A stretch of 63,975 nucleotides of DNA, counting the filler, from Choristocarpus tenellus KU-1152 (lineage: Eukaryota; Protista; Phaeophyceae), in NCBI GenBank assembly GCA_964200185.2. It is 8 parts of 8 records of this genome, joined end to end, with 100 filler letters (N's around TTAATTAATTAA, not from the genome) between each part and the next. Parts side by side here need not be neighbours in the genome. Positions count along the whole stretch, not along the records: positions 37,873 to 42,186 come from CAXNAD020015150.1; positions 42,287 to 46,085 come from CAXNAD020017859.1; positions 46,186 to 56,212 come from CAXNAD020003200.1; 5 more parts are not named here. The stretch is one strand, 5' to 3'. Below the pieces are notes generated by a model. The model was given only the letters and a program-made list of their open reading frames with translations, was not told the origin of the DNA and searched no databases. Shown in pieces: positions 39,721 through 53,292 of this stretch. The first letter of the stretch is position 1, and each line of letters starts with the position of its first letter. The position numbers were made by a program, and so were the translations under genes.

Positions 39721-41675
39721 TCCTGAAAGGTTGCCTCTGTGATTGATCACTCTCTGAATGATCCACCCCTATGGAACCAAGGTTCTTCGCAAGGGTTTGT
39801 CAACCAGGTTTCTTGGAAAGAATATCAATCGGTATGACGGTATAATATTGTACGGTAATAAATGGTACAATGACAGACAGCCCTACCTTCCACATTTTTC
39901 TCTTTGCGCGTATTGGTAGTATGGGGGTTCCAAAGCTACGGTCAAAATATACCTTGAGGAGAAGCAAAACACAATAGCAGTTGATAAAATATGTGATGCA
40001 TGATACAGAAAACAAACAAGACAAAAAAATTACTGCCCTGTTGGGAGGTCAAAGAAACATTTTCCTGCCTTTACCTCGGAAAAGGCCAGTCCGAATGCTC
40101 TAGCCTCATTACATTCGCTCCCATTACCCTGGCTATAATTCCTTGGGTCTAGAACGCAATACCCACATCATCAGAATATATGCACAATCCACAGGTACAA
40201 CTCGATCAAGTGTTGACCCACTCCCTGTTTCCCCTCCTCTGACCAGGCTAGTCTTCATAGCTCCCTTGATTACAACTTCTCATGAATTACATACATAACT
40301 GCCCTTGCACTATGACCAATTGCAACGCCCCACAACTATTTTCATAAGCTACAAACAACACGACAAATTGCAATACCCCGTGTATTCCTTATTTTTCGTC
40401 CATTGAGACACCTGCTTTTCACTCTGCCTCCTCCCTCAAATCTAGTTGCTCATAACTTGCCTCAGCACTGCTCAGCAAAGAACCCTCACCAACTTGTTCC
40501 AATTGTCCTGCATTTTTGAGACATAGCTTCAGATAGAATAGTTGCACAAATTGTTATTAAATTCGTGCATGCATTGCTTTACACATCAGTCGATGCAACT
40601 AAGAGCCTCATGGACAAGTGAAATGTCAGAGTAGTCGCATTAGCTGACGTTCATCATGCTACTACAGCTGTGGCTGAGGAACGTCAAGTAAATTACGACC
40701 AATGCACACTCACTACAACCTGTTTAACGTTGCTCTTCTCGATGGCCTCTTTTCTTGGTAAATTTGTCTCATGTTGGTGATATGCATTGAGTGTTCAATC
40801 AATTTGCCGATCTATCAATTAGTGCACAATAGTACAATGGACAATGTAACAGCGATTTTTTTTTAGATGTTGTCATACAGAAACGTATCATACAACAAGC
40901 TCGAGCATGTGTCAGATGGTTATAAAAAATTAATTGTGAAGTATGTATGTACTGTGGAGCATATAAAGGTATACGTGGCAAAAAGTAGAGATACGGAAAT
41001 GTTGCAAATAAAATCCAGAGTTGTAGCAATGGAAATAAAATGTACATATACAATATGTGAATAAATAACACTAAGGGGAAAAAGAAAAGTCGTAACACAG
41101 CACAGCAGGCCTCCTAACCCTAAATGACAGCATGAGAAGACTGAACACTGCACACCTAAATTACATGACACATACTCACAGTGATAGCAGCAGTAGCAGT
41201 AGTATTATCATGTTACATGGTAGGTGACATTTCAACACATCTGGAAGGATTTTGCTGCAACACTGAGCCTTGTCAGTTAATACAAGCGGGTGTTAAAATC
41301 GCTACATAGCGTATTATACCAAAATTTTATGCCATCATACCAAGTTGGACAGTGTTCAGCAGCAGTGTTAACTCATTTTGTTGTGCAATGATAGATGATC
41401 ATGATGTTATACCATTATAATGCCTGGCCTGGTTTGAGTTCGTAGAATCAATTACATAGTGTTGTACCACAGCATGATGGTATGCTACACAACACCAAAA
41501 CTTTGGGAGAGTGTTACGAAAAAGCACTGTTTGCCATAACATCATGTTGTATCATAGTATGATGATATGATGTTTTGCACTCCTTGCCCACCTTCACAAG
41601 GCTGGGCTGAAGGTATAGTAGTGTCACATGAACATTGGTCAGAAGGGAACATTCCCCCAAGGAATATTGTTGAAT

Positions 41676-42186
41676 GAGTCAAAGGATTTAAGAGGGTAGG
41701 GCCGCGTCCGTTTGGGGTCAAACATCCAATGTTGTGATTTCGACCTAATTTTGGCCATCGTTTTTTTTAGAAAGTGTCAATATCCTTGTTCCAGACAAAA
41801 CTTCATAGTCGTACACATTTTAGGTATCTGTGAGTGAAAGTCTCTTAGAGGGGGTACGAATTTTTCCCTCTTTGTCCATTTGGGGCTTGGCTTCCCGCAG
41901 GTTTTTTATGACATTTTCGTACTCCAAAACACTTTGGAGTAGGAGCGAAAGCATCGTAGAGGGTAGAGGAGTGAAAGTATCTTAGAGGGTACGAGTTTTG
42001 CCCTGTTTGTCCATTTGGGGCTTGGCTTCCCATGGGTTCTTTATGACATTTTCCTGCTCCAGAACCGTTTTGGAGTAGGTAAAATGTATACGTTATGAAA
42101 AGGTGTATCCGGAACAAGGATATTGACACTTCCTAACAAATGCGATAGCCAAAATTACATCAAAATCACAGCATTGGATTTTGGCC
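41676..42186. mobile_element. Cluster of stacked MITE A/A2 copies
   Basis: TIR starts at 41676 (reverse A2 copy), 41832, 41943 (TIR only) and 41969; the last copy is cut by the contig end. Confidence 0.9.
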
Positions 42187-42389
42187 NNNNNNNNNNNNNN
42201 NNNNNNNNNNNNNNNNNNNNNNNNNNNNNNTTAATTAATTAANNNNNNNNNNNNNNNNNNNNNNNNNNNNNNNNNNNNNNNNNNNNGTTTTCGCACAACA
42301 ACCATCCTCATAGTCCCGCTCCATCCTCAATTTTGAGAATCCCCTGTTACTTGCGTAGTCACCGAGACAATTTGGCGTCTACCTACTAT

Positions 42390-42800
42390 TGTTATATTAT
42401 TATGCCCTCTGACATTTTCCAGATGTGTCAGGAGGAAAACAAATGAAAAATATACGTATGTCAGTATAAGCCCTAAGGAATTAAAATATCATAAATGTGA
42501 AAAATACAATAAAACACTATCAATGTGAAAAACACGAATTTGTTACGTCACTATTATCAATATTGTACTACTGCCTTCCTGTGCTTCCGATCTATCTACT
42601 CCTGCGCCCCGGGGGGGAGGAGCTAGGAAGGCCTCCCAAGAATTCAATAAACCCCTCCGTGCCCATCTCCCTGGTGACTCTAGCTTAAAACGCATGACAC
42701 GTCTAGATAGTGCCACTTGCGTAGTCACCGAGACAATTTGGCGTAGCCAGGATTTGACTACTCCTTTTCTACTAAATCCTCCAGTTCCTCTCCCCCCCAA
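42390..42800 (+). repeat. Interspersed repeat family C (other copies 53293-53905 reverse, 55868-56040, 56061-56114)
   Basis: Shared ATTATGCCCTCTGACATTTT.CAGATGTGTCAGG...ATGTCAGTATAAGCCCTAA; 42390-42800 aligns to the reverse complement of 53293-53905. Confidence 0.9.
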
Positions 42801-42819
42801 CTATATGAGTAGCCAGCTC

Positions 42820-44050
42820 ATCCAGGAAGCATTCCGCTTGCTTGCTGAGGCGCCCAAAACGTTCCACCGCGAAGGTGTTGACTTTACAACTACGAGGATC
42901 AAAAGAAGTGGGTAAACTTTCGCGCCTCGGCTGCAGCAGCAGCTACACCATTGCTGGTGGATGAGTGGCTTAGGTGGGAGGTTGACTGTACCTCAGCGAA
43001 GGTGACGTCCAGCAGAAGACCTTTGTCCCTGTAGGGAGCTGTTCCAGCGTCCGCTAGTGCCCCTGTGAGGAACACCAGATCCATGCGGAGATTCCTGTTC
43101 ACTGTGAAAGGCTACCGTCCTCTGTATTGCAAGGGATATCCATCCCCTTGCATAGTTGGTGCAGGCGTTTCACCATTGGCGTGTGCTGTCATACCTGTCC
43201 CCCTGCCCTGGGGCAGGTACGGGCGTGTCTGGTATCGACGTTCTGCCTCCTGCACCCTGCCACTGGGCACCTGTTGGATAGTGCCTCCTCTCTCCCTAGG
43301 GATCTGCTAACTATGAGCTTGAATTCCTGAGGGGGGATCTGGCATGCTGGTTCCAGAGGTTGAGTCGAGGCCCACGCGTTTGCCCCTTGTCCACACTGGC
43401 TCCGGTGGCGCACTAGGGCTAATGAGGAGCTTTCCCTCCCTTGTTGTGCCTCATTTGGAAGGCCGGCCAGTTGTGTCCTGAAGGAGTCAAAACGAATCTT
43501 GTTCAGGAGGCGTGTGATCTCGTGTTGACCCCTCCTTGTGATCCTGGAGTCATTGGCAGCTAGGATATGTACCTCCGGGGCAGGTGTAGGGGATGTTGTT
43601 CCTCCCCAGATCACCCAGTCTTGGCCAATTATTTCGGCAAGGTCTTCTGGGGGGATACCTGTGGCTAGGAGGGAGTGAATGGATGTTCCTAAGACCTGGA
43701 TGGTGGTGGTACTCGGATTTAAATCAGGTGTGGTCTAAATGAGGTACTTGCAGAGCTGCGGGTGTCTGTGATTGGAACCCATGCAGGTTGGTTTCTCTTA
43801 TGACGGAGAAGCAACAGTCTCTCCCACTACCAACTCTCGAGGCCACATTGCTTCCGTCTCCACACACCCTGTCATCATCTCTAGGGCACGAGGGAGAGAG
43901 GCACCCATGTTGTAGAAGGAGAGCACAACTGAGGTCCAACGAGTACGATGATATGATATAATCCAATACATGCTCCGCTCGTTTGGACGGCAAGAAAAAT
44001 GAGTCCCTTCCGCGGAGTAAGCAGCCTGCAAGGCCAGCATAGGACATAAC
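42820..44050 (-). mobile_element. CRE-like non-LTR retrotransposon 3' remnant with restriction-like endonuclease
   Basis: CPVAGC...DTRHARTC (Cys/His knuckle) followed by RMDLV...LLLDVT...AAAAAEARKFTHF...FAVERFG, the C-terminal PD-(D/E)xK RLE pattern of CRE/R2-type elements; contains stops and frameshifts. Confidence 0.75.
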
Positions 44051-45855
44051 TATGTATATAAAATCCTGTGAGGTTGGTGGTTGAAGGCGGAGGTGCAGGA
44101 CAAGATAGTGGTGTGTTGAATGTTGAGTGAGTGTTTTGAGGGAAGGTTGAAAGGTTGTGTGTGGATATTTTATATCATCAACATCAGTAATAATTCGACA
44201 CCGTTGAATAGATGAACGAGAAAAGGAAAACCCCATGCCGTAGGAGGGTGTCCTTAAGAACGCACACAACAAGTCCCAGTCTGTCTAGGCACACAAGGAG
44301 GGTGAGATGGCAAGCCCTTCCCAGGGAAATAGTGTGAGATCGGAAGCGACCTTCACCCAAGCATGGAGGTGGGCTGTTCTGAGAAACCAGACAGGGGGAG
44401 GCACAGGGCGAGACTCCAAAAGTGGCCAGGTGATGCGGGTGTTGGTTGGCGAGTTGGAAAATGTGCAAAATAGGACAATAGTAAGGTGTACCTTATTTTG
44501 TGCATATGAGATTATTGTGTTGAGTTGAATCTATGCGATGTAACTAATGAGATAGTACATCCAGATTATGTATGGAATTTGTTTATTATTCATTCCCTTT
44601 CGCTACTTTGAAATAGATAGCGAAAACATAATAATAACAATAAACAAACAATGAGAAGACACCCCACAAAGGTCACTCTTCTAATTTCAACCATGTAATC
44701 ACGTTCAGCGAAGGGGAACCGTGTGAGGCTCCACACCCTCTTTTCTTCACTACGGACAAATAGCATTACCTCCCAAGGTAAATTTGCACAGGTTATGAGC
44801 CTTAGTAGTGTGGAGAAAAGGAGCAGGTGATGGGACTGAACGACATGAAGAAGTTGCCCAACTGGACTGGAGCACCAGCACGACCAGTGGAGACTTGGAC
44901 AACATGGAGATTATCTCTGGTGGTTTATGTCAGCGAAAGGGTCTGTAAGACATTCTGCGGCGAAAATACGTCGTCCTACCCCAGTTTACATTAATCCCAC
45001 TCCATGAAGGTGATAAACCCACAAGAGATGAACCAACTCAATCCACACTTCACAACAAACCAACAACCAAAACACCCCACCCCAGAAATCGACCTCCAAA
45101 AAGGCTACTGTTCCAACATCTAAACAGCCAAGTACATACAACTAGATGCAGACTATGCAATATTCCAACCAAAAAACGACCAACCAGACCCTCCAATACG
45201 CGGTTTTCACTACATTTTCATACAATTTTCGAACACTTATACGAGGGCTCATTTGGACCCACCAGTGCAACCACCCCCCACCCCCCCCAAGATACTTTGA
45301 CCCTTTTTGCTATTTTTTGTTATTTTTTTGTAAGAATGTACGGCCATACCTATAATTAGGAAAACTCTAATTTGGGCATGGATCATCCAAGCCTTTCAGC
45401 AGTGTGTTGAATGGTATGTTTCAGTATGTATATTTTGTGAGGCGTTTCAGTATGTCAATGGCATTGGTTGACATTCTTACTAATGCTCATTTGATGTTAT
45501 GTATGTCAATGACGTCTTCAAATGGTTCACAGGCAACCACTCAACAATCTTCACCTTTTCGAAATATTTGTTATTTGTATATATACTTGGGGTTGTCTAG
45601 TCAAATATTTATTATTTATTTATTATAATTATTATTATGTATATTTATAGGAGAAAAAACATTGTGAACGCAAGGGAAGACATTGTTTAAATGAGGCGCG
45701 CACATCCCATCGAATCTGTGTTGAAACCCTTTTTTTGTCCAAGATCATCATTCTCCTATCCTACACATCTCTGTAATACATCCCCCCCCGCCCCCCGCCC
45801 CCACTCACTATTTATTTTATGTTTATTATATATATGTTACATATTTATTATACAG

Positions 45856-45984
45856 ATGAGCAACTGTGACCCGGATCAGTTGCCTGAGCTAGGATTTGAG
45901 ACTAGGATGCAGATTCAGCATTGCAACTGGCAGGTGGTGAACTGTACTACTGCAGCCAACTACTACCACGTGCTGAGGAGACAG
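45856..45984 (+). CDS. OGDH: 2-oxoglutarate dehydrogenase E1 component, single internal exon
   Basis: tacag|[43 protein letters not shown]|gtgatg; 129 nt, phase 0; matches the E1 motif [20 protein letters not shown]. Confidence 0.92.
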
Positions 45985-46185
45985 GTGATGTTGGATTTGG
46001 GGGGGGGGGGGGGGTAATCTGTGTTTTTTTTTTTTTTTTTTTTTTTACGGGTTGGTGGCTTGAATATCAAAAAAAAAAATTGTAANNNNNNNNNNNNNNN
46101 NNNNNNNNNNNNNNNNNNNNNNNNNNNNNTTAATTAATTAANNNNNNNNNNNNNNNNNNNNNNNNNNNNNNNNNNNNNNNNNNNN

Positions 46186-46378
46186 GGTTCTTTTACGACA
46201 TTTTCCTACTCCAAAATGTTTAGGAGTAGGTAGAGTGTATATGTTATGAAGAGGTGTATCTGGAACATGGATATTGACACTTCCTCACAAACACAGTAGC
46301 CAAAATTACATCAAAATCACAACACTGGATTTTAACCCCCAAATGGACGCGGCTCTACCCTCTAAGATACTTTGGCTC
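46186..46378 (+). mobile_element. MITE family A 3' part at contig start
   Basis: Ends TACCCTCTAAGATACTTTGGCTC. Confidence 0.9.
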
Positions 46379-49300
46379 TAATATATACTATACATATTAT
46401 CTATCAATATCAATAAAGTTGTGCATATTATGGTGGTTTCCAATGGAACAGAGGAGAGGCTATCATCCTTGTGTTTGTATGCATCCTTTCATGACTTTTG
46501 ATGAGTTCATTGTCTTTGAGACCATACTTAGGATTGCCTCCATGCCTTGGTACCTATATATATATGTGTGTGTGTGTGATATTGTTGTCTACTTGTTGAA
46601 TTGGGTAAGGTCTGTGAGTGTGATTCGTTAGGATGTACAAATGGGTGACCGAGGTTGTGATATAATCCCAATATTGAACTATCTGTACCTGTTACACTAC
46701 CAGGTACTTGAATGTTCTTACTCTACAGTCTACCGGTTATACCCAATGATTAAAAACAGCATGGAATCGATGAGCAAACGAATGAACGAATGGGTGAATA
46801 GATACATGAATGCCAGCTTCAAATTCGAGGGTCAATCCTTCCGCCCTTCTATGCTTTACTTTCTTCTCAAAACCGTTTTGTTGGCCACTCCGTTACGGAC
46901 AGTAGGCACTTGTGATGAGAACACATCGTACAAAGTACCTTGTATCACATCCAGTGTTGGGGAGGGCACAACAAAGCAAGACTCCCTTCAGTTCTCGGTC
47001 TTTAGCAGTGCGTTGAGTCTTTAAGTCAAGTTCTCTGAGATAGGTTTGTCACCAAGTTTCTAGAAAGGGTCCCTCTCACTCTCTGTTGGCAACTGTTTCT
47101 TGTTTTGTTTTTCGGAACAACCAGTACAGGTTGTCGGCAGTGTGAAGTGCATTTTGTACTCTTGTTATATTGTTAAGATGTGAGTACGTTCAGTATTGCA
47201 GAGGCGTGCTTTTGTCCTCTTATTGGCACCACCTTTGAAAAAATATGTTATATTCTCCTTGACAACAAAAGTTTAGAAAAAAAAAAAACTGTTCAGATCT
47301 CGGAACGGCCAAAGTGATGTGCGTTGAAAAGGTCAAAGGGAAGTTGTACCGAAAATCAAATGGGTGTTCCTGTCTTACATTTGAATTCCGTTTTTGGTGT
47401 ATTTGAAGATCAAGAAAGTTGAGCTAATCGAACAAACTTGTTGAATGTGACAACGGTTCTATCTTTGTGTAGGTAGATTTCCTCCCTGATGCTAAAGGTA
47501 AAATCAGATTGCAAATTTCACCCACATATAAAAATTTTGAGGAAGGGTCGAACTTTCTGCCTGTATTGTGATTTTCGGGGATGTTAGTGTCCTGTACTAG
47601 TGAAAGAGACGACCCTCTCTCTACTGAAGCAAGCAGAGAGCAAACTGTATTCCAATACCATTTTCAAGCACATAGATGATTTCTTGTTGACTTGGTGCAG
47701 TATGTGTCAAGAACCTTGTAGCAATTTGGATGTATAGTAGTGACAGATCAGGTAGTTCTCATGGACAAATATCTATTGCACTTATTCTCTGATTACATAT
47801 ATACCTTGAAAGTTGTTATATTCTTGTTGAGGTAAACCCAGCCAATTCATAACAAAACTGGTAGAAATTGAAAAAGCAAGCCTCAGTTTATATTTCTTGA
47901 AACAGCAACAAAAGAACTGTTTATTTTCTTACAATATTTTGTTACTACACCATCTCACCAGCCCATTCACATATTGAGTGTCAACCACATATAGTGTCTT
48001 GTGCCATTGCCTGATCTTATCCCTCATAGGAAGAGGAGTTTCCCCCAACACACACTTACGGACTGTTACTACTGTGCTGTTAGTCATGAATGTTGTATTT
48101 TCTTCAGGATGACTGCTCTTCCACCATAAGTTCACATCATCATTTTGTCTCTTTGACTTGCATGTATATATCTGTACCAAGAAGAGTACCTCTGCAGATC
48201 TCATTTGAATTTCTTTCCCCCCCAGTGGTGGTTAACGGCAAGGACTACCCCTCTGCATATATATATATACAGTTTCACATTATATATGTACACACATCAA
48301 TTTTTTATTGTTCTTCCTCCCTCAGCGGTTTAAGGGTAAGGAAATATCTCTGCAGATCTCTATTAGAATGTCATATTAATATAAATATGTAATACCAAAA
48401 ATAGTACTTCTCTTTTTTCCTCTACCAGTGGTCAAATATAAGGAGAACACCCCTAACAGATCAATGTCAAATTCACATGACACAAGAAAAAATTACACAT
48501 ACATGTACATCGAAAGAATACAATTATTCTTAAATTTTCTTCCACGCTCCCCCCCACACACTCTCACACAAACACTTTGTATGCCGTTAGCGCAAAACTC
48601 CATACCTGCTGAATTGCCACACTCCACTTCTTCACTTCTTCACGCCCTGACTAGCAGCATCATGGTCAGAAGAAGACACTGTGAACTCAACGGTGACGCT
48701 CGAGTTCACAGAGAAAGAAGAACCAGTGGGAGAATCAAGCCCCTGCTTCTGCACATACGTTTCTTGACAGAACACCGACATCTTTGCCAGTGGAGATTGG
48801 GGCAGCAAAGAAGTCAATAAGGAAACCTCACCCCCACATCTGCAGTCTCTACCATCCTCCTCAGCATCGAGTTGTACGATCACATTGATCGGGATGATTC
48901 ATCTGTAAAAGGTGTTTGCTTTGCAGCATTTCGTACATCAAACATGTTTGCGTCTCTTTCCTTTGAATCGTTTTGTGTATGTTTGTGTGTGTCGTGGAAA
49001 GTGGGCAGCAATTTGTCAACTGTGAAGAGGAAATCATTAGTGTGTTTGTCGTATCATCGCAGTTGACTACATATATGGTTTGAGTAAGCATATTCTCGGG
49101 GGCGTTTCTCCTGGACAAAGCGGGTTCAACTGGAGTGGTGATTGTTCAAACAATCGAGAAAGAAGATTGAGGAGTGAAGGCAGATCAGAAACAGAAACAA
49201 CTTTTTCAATAATTGATCAAATTTCGGTGAGGAATTGGAAGCATGGACCAACCCCTCTCTCCCCACGCCTTCCACCTCCCTCTCCCCCCTCTTGAAAACA

Positions 49301-52300
49301 TTTGTCTCTTTCTTGGACGACTATAGGCTAGGAATCTCATCAAAAAAAGGAAAATGGCAAAACCAGTAAGCACCAAACACACACACATAAACAAATACAG
49401 ACAGACGATTCAGAGCACAATCAATGGTAACAAACGGGTAGAGAACTTTGAGGTGAAACTTGTAGGAGTGATTGAAAGACAGACCTCTTCAACTCTACTC
49501 AATTACTTATTCAAGTGATCCAAGAAGGATCCTATCATTACCGCTTATTACTGCTCTATTGTGGGGGGATAGGGCTCTGGGTTTGAATGTTGGGGAACCT
49601 CTCAACTACCCATTCCTGAATCGCTCCACCACATTATAGAGGAGCAGTTCAGTACTTTCAAAAGCCGCAAGTTCCTTTACTGAAGTAAACTTGCCTGAAG
49701 CTTATTCATTCCCGCTCCACTATTGCCTTCTCAAATGATCAATCTTCAGTCTTCCTCACTACCACCCCCTTCTACAGCCTTCTAACCATTTCGCACCTGC
49801 TGCCGTACTGCAGCCCTGCTCCCCTTTCCATAAACCTGCACCCGCCTCTTTCGCGGAGTGTGGTTGGGCTTACCCCTGAGCTCGGAAGGAGTACGGACAG
49901 ATGGGATTAACGACTAAGATGATCCCGTCGGGGATGAAGGTGATCCAGTTGGGAACGAAGATGATGCGTCGTCATGGAAGAAGTTGGATCCCGTGTGGTA
50001 CGAAGATTGATGCCTTGGGAAGGAGTGATTACCATCACCACCAATTGACACCTCACGTCGATTTCGAGTTTGTGGGACTTAGGATCTAGCTTCTTCTTTA
50101 CAGAAATACGCATTCGCCTCTCTTACGGGACCAGATGATGCAGCAGGTCTGACCACTGTACCTAACCCGTAGTCAGCGACGGGCACATGTAGATAGGAAA
50201 TATCGAGGAAGAAGGGTGACAGGTGCAAAGGGAACGACGGAGGAATGTGTGTCTGGAATGGTTATGAGGTAGGTCGATGACCGGCCCTTGAGGACTATTT
50301 CCAACTTGTGGACAATGGACATACAGGAAGTAACTAGCGTTACAAATTGAATTATTTTCACCCACTCTCACTGTTTCTAGAAGTTTGTTGATTCTAACGA
50401 ACTTGAAACATTTTATGAGGTGTAACATTTTGGAGATGTGTTAAGAAAATTGTCAAACCAACATGACAAGAACCCCTCTAATATCGATCAACACTAGTTT
50501 GGGATACGTGAAAGATATCTCTCTAAAAATCTAGTTGCAGTTTGAATGTACCAACTATACTATACAAACACTCCCTTCAACCTTACAAATAAATACAATG
50601 ATACATACATTTGTGCTATGCCTCCAACCTAATTTAGCGCTACACAAGTGGGCAAGGAGTTACGTAAGGTGATCAGTGGTCGCATTTTGCATATCAGTAC
50701 CATCACTCCCCTGATAAAAACAATAGCAAGTAACAGATACTATTAATACTATACTCTCGAGTACTCATACTGCAAAGCTGTTAGAAATGCATCAGGAACA
50801 GACCTACACATTGTTTCTTTCGAAACATGGAGTATCATAAAATAGTCATAAATAGTACTTACAAGTAATAATCGCTCTTTCATACAGAGGCCTGTTCCGA
50901 GACAGTGACAGCTCGACCTTAGGTCATTTCATCACGCAACCGTCCAACAAGCTCACCACCAAGAAAATTTACAAACCTCCAGCAGCACCCACTTTGTGAT
51001 GAGCAAATGTTACTCACTACACAACAAGCCATAGAACTGTCAAGTTGAGCGCGACTAACGGACCAGGCAGTTAGCTAAGCCTTCGTCAATTTTGGTAGGT
51101 TAAGAGTATGCCTAGCAACTAATAAAATCATAACACCACCGCCGCTTACAGTGCCTTCCCTCCAGAATTGTGGCATCATTCGAGACAGTGTTGCTCAACT
51201 TTGGCAGTCTCTGGCGAAAACCTCAAGTTGATGAGGGCTAGCTACGTTTGATCCACGTGTTTGCTGGCAGATACTAAAGATCAGAATGGATGCAGTGCAT
51301 TGGTGTGTGACGATTGCTGACTGCTGACTGCTGACTGCTGCTGAGAAGATTAAATCAGTGTGGGGGCAGCACCTGGCTTAGAATACCCAAGGAAGATGCT
51401 AGGTCACCCCATCTCGGATGAGAGCACCTGCAACAACTTAGGCCGTTGAGGAACTGTGGGTTTTGATGAGACAAAGACAGGATACAATTTTTGAACTATG
51501 ACAGTATTGCCGTGACAAGCACCAGTAATATGTGTACATATGACACTCCTGGCAGGAAGCAATATGCAAGGGACTCTTGCACAATAAAATTTGCTTGTAT
51601 GCCGTCAACGGCTAGACAGTAGTGAGTCAAAGTAAACGAACGGCACACAGAGTTGCATTTCAAGGATGCTGACAAAAATGTTCAAAAAACGGCAATGCTT
51701 ACTAAATGTGAATAGGATATATTCTGAACTGTATCGGAAAAGTTTCAAAAAAATGAGGAATGAACACTTTGAAGTCAAAGTACACATCTCATTAATAGAA
51801 ACATGGGTTTGCTAAGAACAGATTAAAATTTAGAAGCTTGTATAAATTCCTCCTCTACAAGACTGGATGATTCAGGGAGGGGATTTAATCATTTGAGTTG
51901 TCATATTATATATTTTCAATACACAATGAGCTGACTTTAGAAAAACAACTTGTACTGTTTTAATTAAACAATTGTGTTTGCTCTTCTTTCTTGTCTTGTC
52001 GAATTGTGGATTATGTTTGTTGAGGTCACACTAGAAGTACCAAGTAGGACCAAGTAATAGATGGCAAGGAACCAGTTGTTGGTACAGTACATAGAGTGAT
52101 TGACAAATCAATCGCCAAGAGGAAAAATAATTGATGGCAATGCAGTTTAGGATAAAAGAAGAAGAGTATCTCACATTATTCTCTTCAGTTGATTAGTAAC
52201 CTTTACAACCTATTGAAGGGTGTTTAGGATTATCATCACTACCTTTTCACACCTTCTCCTTCAAGACTTTAAACAAAATGAATTTTCCCACCCAAGTATA

Positions 52301-52814
52301 TAATACACTGTGATACTTATTAAGAAGAATAATGCTGTCATCATTGTTTTGCTAACTCTATCTTTTGTTTTTGCACTCAACACGTATCAAAAGAGAGGAA
52401 GGCACTGGCTCTACGAGAAAAGAACCATAATATCCAAGTGCAGTTCATCACATTTATGCAAATTGGTGAGGAATAATGCTCTCCCCCCCCGTCCCTTTGA
52501 CCATACCCAAACACTGCAAAATGTTTAGGAATGGATGTTGAGACTGTCCATGTTTTGTTTTATTTTTTTCCTGCGGTGGTTTATTGTGGTGTATGTAAAA
52601 CGACAAGCTTGTTATACTGCCTGTGCCCTCTCCCAACCCGCCCCCCTTTATTGATGATTGTTTGATTTTCAAATTCTTGTGTTTCGTTATCATTGATAGC
52701 ATTTTATTTCTTATTGCAGTCTTGTTATGATGATGCACACACACTTACACACACTCCCACTAGCCCTTTTGAATATATATATTATTTTTTCTCCTTTTTC
52801 TCTGCTGTAAACAG

Positions 52815-52950
52815 GTCCAGGCATGCGAGAGACCCTGTTGTCAAGGTACGGCGCGACAAAGGAACAGCTGGTACAACTCTTCGGCGGTACCAGGGACCAG
52901 TGGATGGACCAGGACCAGAATGGTGGTTGGATGTGAACCTGTTTTACGAG
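52815..52950 (+). CDS. Putative isolated internal exon of an unidentified gene
   Basis: Pyrimidine tract then aacag|; GC-rich open frame SRHARDPVVKVRRDKGTAGTTLRRYQGPVDGPGPEWWLDVNLFYE; then |gtttgt, within AT-rich DNA. Confidence 0.45.
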
Positions 52951-53292
52951 GTTTGTTCAACCTTTAATCTTTTCTCGAGAAACCTAGTTTATCAGGGCAA
53001 ACCATCAACCCGTTCAAATTAAAATTCCATGCCAATTCTGCTGACTCTTAAATCAGAGAACGTTGGCAGAGTGATATGACATGACTATATATACCTCATT
53101 TGTTTCATTCTGACGGTATGGTGATGCCTGTACTAAATGCTGTCGGCTATTGCTTCTTGCCTCCAGATATTCATAGTGTATATTTCGACGTATAAACCGG
53201 CTTATTTGGGATTTGGGAGCTCCTGTTTCTTTTTAATATTCATTGTTTGGTTTGTTCTCATACTATATTACGATAAGTTGGCTCTCACATGG

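Noticed and set aside
41845-42129. Recurrent short ORFs such as MGSQAPNGQTGQNSYPLRYFHS or KPSPKWT as a peptide family
   Set aside because: They are incidental translations of the non-coding MITE, with variable frames and stops among copies.
25995-46382. Joining the end of contig 2 to the start of contig 6 because both MITE halves are flanked by TAAT
   Set aside because: The overlapping MITE interiors differ at many positions, so they are different copies.
49880-50340. Additional Copia fragment (acidic stretch then YAFA...VPNP)
   Set aside because: Suggestive of the pre-RT linker but too many stops and no diagnostic RT motif.
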